Source: an uncultured bacterium (GTDB taxonomy: Bacteria; Chlamydiota; Chlamydiia; Chlamydiales; SM23-39). Taken from it: a stretch of 27,365 bases of DNA. The DNA is taken from contig CAZIML010000002.1 in assembly GCA_964540255.1 (NCBI GenBank), positions 1-27,365 of the forward strand, written 5' to 3'. The notes beneath the pieces are model-generated. The model did no database searches. It was not told where the DNA came from and saw only the letters and a program-made list of their open reading frames with translations. The position numbers and the translations under genes were made by a program. Of the stretch, positions 9,222-15,834 are shown piece after piece (positions within the stretch are counted from its first letter, which is position 1; each line of letters starts with the position of its first letter).

Positions 9222-9443
9222 ATGAAACCTGTGAATAGAAAGAGAATAGAGAAGATTGGGAAGGCTTGCAGTATCGAAGAGAGCAAATCATCTTATGCTC
9301 TCGTCGTATACAGCCCGGAAATTCACGATCAAATCGACTCTCTGGAAATAGATGCCGATTTTGTAATCGCCTTGCCCGATAACGGTAGAGGTGATCTCGC
9401 TGAGGAAGTTCCCCAAGGAGGCTATAAAGTGTTTTACGGGTAA
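9222..9443 (+). CDS. Small hypothetical protein (73 aa)
   Basis: RBS AGAGGA before the ATG. Contains VIALPDNGRGD. No family recognised. Confidence 0.55.
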   Translation: MKPVNRKRIEKIGKACSIEESKSSYALVVYSPEIHDQIDSLEIDADFVIALPDNGRGDLAEEVPQGGYKVFYG

Positions 9444-9506
9444 GTTGTTTAAAATCTTTTTTCTTAATATGCTTTAGGACATTTTATACCTTCTCAAGGA
9501 ACGCGC

Positions 9507-10394
9507 ATGGAAAAAGATAAAAGCAGCAGCCTGATTCCCAATAAACTGTCATTTGAAGATTTAAAAAAGATCAATCAACACGGGATTGAATATTGGAGCG
9601 CAAGAGATCTGCAATCTCTTCTAGGATACGCCAAGTGGCAGCGCTTTGAGAATGCGATAGAAAAAGCCATCGAGTCATGCAGACAATCAGGGAATGATCC
9701 AGAGCATCACTTTACCGGCGCCGGTAATCCAATAATCAGTGGGAAAGGAAGAACTCAAATTGCTGATGATTATCACCTTTCGCGTTTTGCTTGTTATCTT
9801 ATAGCTCAAAATGGAGACCCTAGAAAACCAGAAATCGCTCACGCTCAGAAGTATTTTGCGATTCAAACTCGTCGCCAAGAATTGACAGATGCGGCTCTTG
9901 CCGATCTCGAGCGAGTAGAGATGCGTAAACAAGCCTCTCAAGACTTTAAGGCGCTCTCTGGTGCTGCTCGAGATGCTGGTGTCCAAAACAAAATGTTCGG
10001 GATTTTTCATGATGCCGGATACAGAGGACTTTACGGAGGATTGGGAGCCGACGCAATCAAGGTTCGCGAAGGGATTGATCCCAAAGAACAGCTCATGGAT
10101 CGGATGGATAGAACCGAGTTGGCAGCTAATCAATTTCGAATGACTCAAACGCGAGAAAAGCTCAAACGGGAAGGCATTAAGAATCAAAGAGATGCTATTG
10201 AAGCACATGAAACGGTAGGCAAAGAGGTTCGTGCTGCCATAGCTAAAATTGGAGGAACACCGCCTGAAAATATCCCGCCCGCAGAGCACATCAAAAAAGT
10301 AGAAAAGCGCTTAAAAAAGACTAAGCCAAAACTGCTGCTGGACGACAAGGATGCTGGGTTGCTACCTCAAAGTATTTCGCATTCTGAATATTAA
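9507..10394 (+). CDS. dinD: DNA damage-inducible protein D (Bro-N-containing DinD family)
   Basis: FEDLKKIN..GIEYWSARDL..LLGY..W..F, DYHLSRFACYLIAQNGDPRKPEIA.AQKYFAIQTRRQE and ELAAN.FR.TQT motifs. RBS AAGGA. Confidence 0.9.
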   Translation: MEKDKSSSLIPNKLSFEDLKKINQHGIEYWSARDLQSLLGYAKWQRFENAIEKAIESCRQSGNDPEHHFTGAGNPIISGKGRTQIADDYHLSRFACYLIAQNGDPRKPEIAHAQKYFAIQTRRQELTDAALADLERVEMRKQASQDFKALSGAARDAGVQNKMFGIFHDAGYRGLYGGLGADAIKVREGIDPKEQLMDRMDRTELAANQFRMTQTREKLKREGIKNQRDAIEAHETVGKEVRAAIAKIGGTPPENIPPAEHIKKVEKRLKKTKPKLLLDDKDAGLLPQSISHSEY

Positions 10395-10433
10395 TGGCCT
10401 CAGCGTTTTTCTCTTTTCTTTTGCTATTTTAAA
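10135..10433 (+). repeat. Direct repeat copy 1 (dinD 3' end plus downstream sequence), paired with 12057-12350
   Basis: The offset between copies is 1922 bp. 10179-10405 is identical to 12101-12327 (227 bp). There are four substitutions near the left edge, and two substitutions plus a 5-bp indel near the right edge. Confidence 0.97.
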
Positions 10434-10579
10434 TCAAACCACGAACTTCCTTAAAAGAATTTTTATTTTTTATATATCTTATATTCAGTCGCTTGTGTAC
10501 TTTTAGAAAATTCATGTCCAATTTTCGGCGGTATGTTTCGTCTGTGTGCATTAAAATAAGGCTTTAAGCTAAGGAAATC

Positions 10580-11644
10580 GTGAGAATGCTATCCTCAAAG
10601 GAAATACATGAATGCTATAAAGCTCTATTAGAGAAAGATACGAATTATGATGGAGTTTTTTATGTTGGGATCAAGACAACAGGAGTTTTTTGCCGTTCTA
10701 TTTGTCCTGCTCGCAAGCCAAAATTTCAGAATTGTGAATTTTTCCGGACTGCTGAAGAGGCTTTATTAGCTTCTTACCGGCCCTGTAAACGTTGTCAACC
10801 TTTATCTTCGCCAAATAAGGTTCCTGAGGTTGTGCGCAGACTTGTAGAAGCTATAGAAGAACAGCCGGATAAAAGATGGAAAGAGCAAGATTTTGCAAAA
10901 TTATCGACGAATGCTGCGCATGCCTCTAGGCTGTTCAAAAAAAGATTCGGAATGACTTTTGTATCTTACGCACGTGCTCGTCGGATGGGGATTGCTTTGA
11001 AAGAAATTAGGGAAAAAAGATCAGTTATTGACACCCAACTACAGACTGGATATGAATCGGGAAGTGGATTCCGAGACGCTTTTTCTAAAATCATGGGAGC
11101 TCCACCTGTAAAAGCGGAAGAGATTCATTTATTAAAGGCAGATTGGATAGATACTCCTTTGGGACCTATGGTTGCTATAGCCGATCAAAATACTCTTTAT
11201 CTTCTCGAGTTTGTAGATCGACGTGGGCTTGAAAGAGAAATTGAAAAACTTCGAATTAAAACTGGTTCTGCGATTGTTCCTGGAAAAACAGCCCCGATTT
11301 GCCAGATTGAAAAAGAATTAAACTTATACTTTCTTGGCGAGCTTAAGGCTTTTAAAACGCCGATCAATATGATTGGCTCTACGTTTCAAAAGCAAGTTTG
11401 GAATGAGTTGCAAAGAATCCCAATAGGAAAAACGAGTTCTTATAAGGATATTGCTAGGGCAATAAAAAGACCTTTGGCTGTTCGTGCTGTTGCAAGAGCA
11501 AACGGCGCTAATCAATTTGCTATTATTATAGCTTGCCATAGAGTCATCAACACGAATGGAGATCTTGGTGGATATGGAGGAGGGATTGCTAGAAAAAAGT
11601 GGCTTCTCGATCATGAAAAATCGATGAAAAAGGATGCACTATGA
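10580..11644 (+). CDS. ada: Bifunctional Ada regulator / O6-methylguanine-DNA methyltransferase
   Basis: Ada Zn domain (TTGVFCRSICPARKP...YRPCKRCQP), an AraC-type HTH, and a C-terminal methyltransferase (VRAVARANGAN...IACHRVINTNGDLGGYGGG). Confidence 0.95.
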   Translation: MRMLSSKEIHECYKALLEKDTNYDGVFYVGIKTTGVFCRSICPARKPKFQNCEFFRTAEEALLASYRPCKRCQPLSSPNKVPEVVRRLVEAIEEQPDKRWKEQDFAKLSTNAAHASRLFKKRFGMTFVSYARARRMGIALKEIREKRSVIDTQLQTGYESGSGFRDAFSKIMGAPPVKAEEIHLLKADWIDTPLGPMVAIADQNTLYLLEFVDRRGLEREIEKLRIKTGSAIVPGKTAPICQIEKELNLYFLGELKAFKTPINMIGSTFQKQVWNELQRIPIGKTSSYKDIARAIKRPLAVRAVARANGANQFAIIIACHRVINTNGDLGGYGGGIARKKWLLDHEKSMKKDAL

Positions 11645-12030
11645 ACGCAGAAAAATTTTTTAAGGAAATGTATTACAATATTTGGCAAGGCAAAGATTTA
11701 AGTAAATTTGAGCGATATTATTCTAATGATTTTGAAGAAACGATTGATGTTTCTGATGAAAATAAAAGTCCACTAGAATTACACATGAATTTCCATGATC
11801 TCATAGAACAAGCGAAATGGCAAAAGGAAAATTATAAGAACACTACTATTGATATTAAGAAGCTTGTGTCGAATGGAAATGACCACATATCCGTACATTT
11901 TTATTCAACATCAATTGAGAAACGTACAGGAGAAATAAAACATCGCTGCGTATGTGGAATATGGCGTTTAAATAAAGAAAACAAGATAGATCGCGTCTGG
12001 GCTGTGGTGACTCCTTACTATCCCCAATAA
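11641..12030 (+). CDS. SnoaL/NTF2-like fold protein
   Basis: The N-terminal helix FFKEMYYNIWQGKDLSKFERYYSNDF, then strands ending GIWRLNKENKIDRVW, give an NTF2-like pattern by eye. ATGA overlap with the ada stop. Very AT-rich: 16/60 G+C in each of lines 11641 and 11701. Confidence 0.65.
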   Translation: MNAEKFFKEMYYNIWQGKDLSKFERYYSNDFEETIDVSDENKSPLELHMNFHDLIEQAKWQKENYKNTTIDIKKLVSNGNDHISVHFYSTSIEKRTGEIKHRCVCGIWRLNKENKIDRVWAVVTPYYPQ

Positions 12031-12056
12031 GTTTTTTCGACCTTTAATATGACTGC

Positions 12057-12350
12057 TTCGGATGACTCAAACCCGAGAAAAGCTCAAACGAGAAGGCATC
12101 AAGAATCAAAGAGATGCTATTGAAGCACATGAAACGGTAGGCAAAGAGGTTCGTGCTGCCATAGCTAAAATTGGAGGAACACCGCCTGAAAATATCCCGC
12201 CCGCAGAGCACATCAAAAAAGTAGAAAAGCGCTTAAAAAAGACTAAGCCAAAACTGCTGCTGGACGACAAGGATGCTGGGTTGCTACCTCAAAGTATTTC
12301 GCATTCTGAATATTAATGGCCTCAGCGGTTTTCTCTTTTGTTATTTTAAA
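12057..12350 (+). pseudogene. dinD: Displaced dinD 3' fragment (direct repeat copy 2)
   Basis: Encodes the identical last 84 aa of DinD (12062-12316), but has no 5' part and no RBS. Confidence 0.9.
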
Positions 12351-12358
12351 GTTAATGT

Positions 12359-13153
12359 TTAATAGAACAAGTAGTCTGTTGGATCGAGGTGTCTTCCCGT
12401 TGTTCCCTGTAGATATAGGAGAATAATAGCCAATCCACGCGCTACAATCTGAGATCGAGAAAGTGAATTTTGTATCCCTGCCGTTTGTAACATTAGCTTT
12501 CCTTGCATTTCTCTACCAGGATCAATCATAAATTGATTTGCAACAACGCTTGGGCAAATAATTCGGCCATCCATTGAAAGTACGATGTCAAGACGGTAGG
12601 GATCTAACAACTTAGTGATATCATCCAAGTAGTTTCTAGAGGTTTCCTTTTTGAGGAATCCTTTTACTGTTTTGCAAGAGAGAATCCCGATTAGAGGATT
12701 TGCAGATTTGCCTCCTTTGAACTCAATCCCATTGGAAGATTCCATCTTCATTCCTCCCGGTAAATAATTTCCCGTTTGTTTAGGATGAAGATTTATCATT
12801 TGCAACATATCTTTAAGTTTTAGGCAAGTAGAAAAAAGTGAGTTTTCTCCTTTCCCATTATACAAAGTTGTTTTTGCCTCAAAGATAGCGACGACAGCTT
12901 CGATAGGCACAAAATCAAAAGCTATTTCTTTTTGCTTAAACGGGAGTAATGAATGAGGAACCATTTTATCGAAAACGATGATATCGCACTGGGGGGATAC
13001 TATGGGAGGCTGTGTTTTGTCCGCCCGAGCGATAATATGGCCTGATGTAATTCCAAATCCTTGAGGAATGATCTTCTCTAATAAATTTCGAAAATGGACT
13101 TCCGAAAAATCTCCTCCAGCGCGAATATTTTTAGCCCATCCTTGAGCCAACAT
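12359..13153 (-). CDS. NucC/DUF6602-like restriction-fold (PD-(D/E)xK) endonuclease; the annotated start probably truncates the N-terminus
   Basis: Motif series GDFSE...QCDIIVFD...PIEAVVAIFEAK...RLDI...LQGT..HLDPTDY, in the order and spacing recalled for NucC. The frame stays open upstream to 13234 with no start codon. Confidence 0.72.
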   Translation of the reverse strand: MLAQGWAKNIRAGGDFSEVHFRNLLEKIIPQGFGITSGHIIARADKTQPPIVSPQCDIIVFDKMVPHSLLPFKQKEIAFDFVPIEAVVAIFEAKTTLYNGKGENSLFSTCLKLKDMLQMINLHPKQTGNYLPGGMKMESSNGIEFKGGKSANPLIGILSCKTVKGFLKKETSRNYLDDITKLLDPYRLDIVLSMDGRIICPSVVANQFMIDPGREMQGKLMLQTAGIQNSLSRSQIVARGLAIILLYLQGTTGRHLDPTDYLFY

Positions 13154-13160
13154 TTGTTGA

Positions 13161-13970
13161 TTAATAACCGTATCTATTTCTTGAGTTACTATGTCCCAAA
13201 CATCGGACCAATTGGGCTTTTTTTTCGACGGTCTCTAGAAAATCCGCAGGGCTGGTTGTGAGTAGGGACTCTATTCTCATATCAGCGGCGGATAAATCTT
13301 GTTCCTTTGTAAAACGATTAGGAACAGCAATTGTGAAACAGCCGGCTGCTTTACTCGAGATGACTCCAGTCATACTATCTTCTATTACAACGCATTCCGC
13401 AGAGGATACGTTTAATAACTTTGCTGCATGTAAATAAATGTAGGGCTTTGGTTTATTTACCCCTTCGGGATCAGCATATTCTGTTAGATCGTCATGACCT
13501 GACAAAATGACATCGAATAGTGCTTCTATCCCAAGATGTCTTAGATTACTTAATACCTCAGATTTGACAGCGGCGGATGCAACGCCTAATTTTAGTCCAA
13601 GACGTTCTTTTTCACTAGCTATACGCTTTAAAAAATCGACGGTTGCTTCGATAGGAGGTAGCCCCTGTTCATGTAGCTCTCGGTAGTAGTCTCTTTTCTC
13701 TGCAAGGATTTCTTCTGGACAATCACTACCTATCGATTTTGCGATAAGCTGTGAGATTATGGAGGCAGATTTCCCCGTATAAAATAGGCATTGGTCTAAA
13801 GTTAGATCGTGTCCACGATTTTTCAATGTCCGACGCCACGCCGCAAGGTGAGCTTCCTCGCTGTCAACTAAAGTCCCATCACAGTCAAAAATAATCGCTT
13901 TTATAGGCTGTTCAGAATGCAGAAAATTTGTCATACATAGTCCAAGTAAAAGAATGAGAAATTTGGCCAT
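13161..13970 (-). CDS. HAD superfamily phosphatase (beta-PGM/CbbY-like) with an N-terminal signal-peptide-like segment
   Basis: Motif I FDCDGTLVDSE, then KPKPYIYL and IEDSMTGVISSKAAG. The N-terminus is MAKFLILLLGLCMTNFLHS (ATG 13970). Confidence 0.88.
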   Translation of the reverse strand: MAKFLILLLGLCMTNFLHSEQPIKAIIFDCDGTLVDSEEAHLAAWRRTLKNRGHDLTLDQCLFYTGKSASIISQLIAKSIGSDCPEEILAEKRDYYRELHEQGLPPIEATVDFLKRIASEKERLGLKLGVASAAVKSEVLSNLRHLGIEALFDVILSGHDDLTEYADPEGVNKPKPYIYLHAAKLLNVSSAECVVIEDSMTGVISSKAAGCFTIAVPNRFTKEQDLSAADMRIESLLTTSPADFLETVEKKAQLVRCLGHSNSRNRYGY

Positions 13971-14034
13971 ACACCTCGAGAGCAAGTTTGTTTGATTTGT
14001 GGGCTACCTGCCAAATAACCGGCACTCTCTTATG

Positions 14035-14059
14035 AACTATTCGATAGTTTCGAATAGTT
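14035..14059. other. Perfect 10-bp inverted repeat (hairpin) between the GyrI-like and HAD genes
   Basis: AACTATTCGA-TAGTT-TCGAATAGTT, which also contains AACTAT-TCG-ATAGTT. Confidence 0.6.
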
Positions 14060-14072
14060 GCCAAGGAATTCT

Positions 14073-14633
14073 CTACATTTCTATAGCAATGTAAACTTTT
14101 ACTTCCGGGTTTTTTTGAGGATCAAAATCAGAACGGTACAGCTCAAAATCGCTTGTATAGCAGCGAGAGAGGTTTGATTTCCAAACCGCTTGCCATGCAA
14201 CAATCAGCCCTTGGGGAAATTCTCCTTGGGTTGTAAAAACAGCATACTTTGATTCTGGAATCACTTTGCCGACCAGTCCTTCCGGTATCTCGTCTAAACT
14301 AGAAACTTCGCACCCAAGAATCCATGAATAAGGCTTCGTATAATCGCCTTCATAGTCAGTATAAAGAGCGAGAATGTTGCCATTGATCTTATTCGGAATC
14401 TTTGCAATGGTGTTTTCCTGAAAAAACTTTTCCTTGTGAGCAGGCATTGCTGAAGAACATTCCTCATTATTTGTTCTCAGTTCAAGTCCAATGAAAAATT
14501 TCTTCTTTTGTTTTTCGATAGTATAGTTCATTTCGAATCCTTGCATTTGGTTTTCTTGGGAGAGGGTTTCGTTACAATATCCCCATGTAAAAGCAAAGCT
14601 AAGAACAAGGAGAAGCAGTTTCTTTTTGCTCAT
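14073..14633 (-). CDS. GyrI-like (AraC effector-binding/Cass2-type) small-molecule-binding protein with a signal-peptide-like N-terminus
   Basis: FIGLELRTNN, LALYTDYEGDYTKPYSWILGCEV, IPESKYAVFTTQG, WQAVW and YTSDFELY motifs. ATG 14633 lies 2 nt after the cupin stop, with RBS GGGGAG. Confidence 0.85.
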   Translation of the reverse strand: MSKKKLLLLVLSFAFTWGYCNETLSQENQMQGFEMNYTIEKQKKKFFIGLELRTNNEECSSAMPAHKEKFFQENTIAKIPNKINGNILALYTDYEGDYTKPYSWILGCEVSSLDEIPEGLVGKVIPESKYAVFTTQGEFPQGLIVAWQAVWKSNLSRCYTSDFELYRSDFDPQKNPEVKVYIAIEM

Positions 14634-14635
14634 TT

Positions 14636-15241
14636 TTACTCCCCTTTTGCCTCTTGTGGAAGGTGGGCATCTGTATTGACTGACCACCATGAATTAAAAA
14701 TTTTTTCACTTTCTACTAGGTGAACCAATTGGTTCATATTGTTTACAAAAGAAGATTTCCATTCATTGAAACTTGAAGAATAATTACCTGCTGGAGGGAT
14801 TGATTTTACGAATTCTTGAAATTCATCACTTGCTGGGCAGTTGATCTTTACATTTACTGAAATATCATGAGAATTTTCTTTTTTGTGTTCTGCTGTAGGC
14901 GGACTATTTTTAAGTTGAATGATGACAAGTTCAACTGATTCAGAAGAGTTGTTTACACTTTTATGCAGTTCATCTTGAGGATCAGCCTCACGAATGACCG
15001 CTACACCTGTAGGAAAATGCACTTCTATTACTCGTCCATCCGCTTCAAGGCGTGTAATAATCCCACCTTTTAGAGCAATAACCACTTGAGGATAAGCATC
15101 TCTATGTAATCCTATTTCTTCGTGTGGTTGTATTTTTGCTTTGGCAACGCTAATTTGATCGTTTTCAAACTGTGGTTCATATTCCAGTGCTTGGATGCTA
15201 GCAGAAGCCAGACAAATCAACCCTAACAAGGCGCTCTTCAT
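14636..15241 (-). CDS. Secreted cupin-fold protein with an unknown C-terminal domain
   Basis: Signal peptide MKSALLGLICLASASIQA. Cupin pattern FENDQISV...IQPHEEIGLHRD.YPQVVIALKGG...LHKSVN.S...VELVIIQLK. Confidence 0.7.
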   Translation of the reverse strand: MKSALLGLICLASASIQALEYEPQFENDQISVAKAKIQPHEEIGLHRDAYPQVVIALKGGIITRLEADGRVIEVHFPTGVAVIREADPQDELHKSVNNSSESVELVIIQLKNSPPTAEHKKENSHDISVNVKINCPASDEFQEFVKSIPPAGNYSSSFNEWKSSFVNNMNQLVHLVESEKIFNSWWSVNTDAHLPQEAKGE

Positions 15242-15438
15242 GATTACCCCCTATTTAAATTTTTTTCTATGAAAATGACAGCAAATCATATCAGGATATC
15301 TATATTTTTATACAGCTCAACCAAGGTCGTCTCTGAGTGATCCGTTTGTGCGTTACCTGCGACATGCCTGGCACAAGAGGCGAAAATCAGAATTCATTGA
15401 AGCGGGCAGGCTAAACTTAAATTCCTAAGAAAAAAGAA

Positions 15439-15513
15439 TCTGGGTGAGAGGATTTGAACCTCCGACCTCTTGCACCCCATGCAAACGCGCTAGCCAAGCT
15501 GCGCTACACCCAG
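15439..15513 (-). tRNA. tRNA-Pro (anticodon GGG), CCA not encoded
   Basis: Minus strand CTGGGTG TAGCGCAGCTTGGCTAGCGCG TTTGC-AT-GGG-GT-GCAAG AGGTC GGAGG-TTCAAAT-CCTCT CACCCAG A. The acceptor stem, D arm, anticodon arm and T arm all fold. 75 nt. Confidence 0.97.
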
Positions 15514-15777
15514 ATGATCGGACAATACCGCGGCAAGTCCTTCGAATTGTATATCTGCTTTCTTGAATTCCTTAACCCCATGCCGAGCACACTCTTCCAC
15601 AATCTTCTCCAAAGTGTCTCCAGGATGCAGCTCAAGCGCCGTAATATCCACCGAGATCGATGCAGAAAATACTACGCCATTGCGTAACCCCTTCACCTTG
15701 AAATTTGCAAACAGTGCGTCCTTCTTGCGTGTGACGTTCGTAAAGCGAATCAGATTGTTCTCAGCCAAGTTTTTCAA
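15490..15777 (-). CDS. Small hypothetical protein (95 aa) whose 3' end overlaps tRNA-Pro
   Basis: TTG start with RBS GGAG, an upstream promoter candidate, and a protein-like alpha/beta pattern. The stop TAG falls in the tRNA D-loop. Confidence 0.75.
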   Translation of the reverse strand: MKNLAENNLIRFTNVTRKKDALFANFKVKGLRNGVVFSASISVDITALELHPGDTLEKIVEECARHGVKEFKKADIQFEGLAAVLSDHLGVAQLG

Positions 15778-15801
15778 ACGGGAACTCCATGAAAAGGATA
15801 A

Positions 15802-15831
15802 ATATTAATCGTTTCCATTTCTTTCTGTCAA
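15802..15831 (-). promoter_or_regulatory. Promoter candidate TTGACA-N18-TAATAT for the 95-aa ORF / tRNA-Pro unit
   Basis: Perfect -35 TTGACA at 15831-15826 (minus strand) and a -10-like TAATAT at 15807-15802. Confidence 0.6.
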
Positions 15832-15834
15832 TCT

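Noticed and set aside
9444-9506. LexA (SOS) box upstream of dinD
   Set aside because: Neither CTG-N10-CAG nor GAAC-N4-GTTC is present.
10434-10579. Ada box upstream of ada
   Set aside because: There is no convincing AAT-N6-GCAA / AAAGCGCA match, only AT-rich sequence.
12062-12316. Independent 84-aa gene
   Set aside because: It is identical to the DinD C-terminus, lies within the direct repeat, and has no RBS. It is treated as a displaced fragment.
9130-15300. Complete CBASS or other named defence system around the NucC-like gene
   Set aside because: None of the neighbours shows nucleotidyltransferase, HORMA, AAA+ or Cas motifs.
15279-15428. Short + strand frame containing RYLRHAWH, resembling the tyrosine recombinase HxLRH box
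   Set aside because: The frame has no start codon, and lacks the downstream LGH and catalytic Tyr pattern. This is most likely chance.
7800-15438. attL/attR duplication of the tRNA-Pro 3' end bounding the island
   Set aside because: I searched by eye for TCTGGGTGAGAGG and its parts to the left of the tRNA and found no second copy. No integrase gene is present, so tRNA-targeted integration is unproven.
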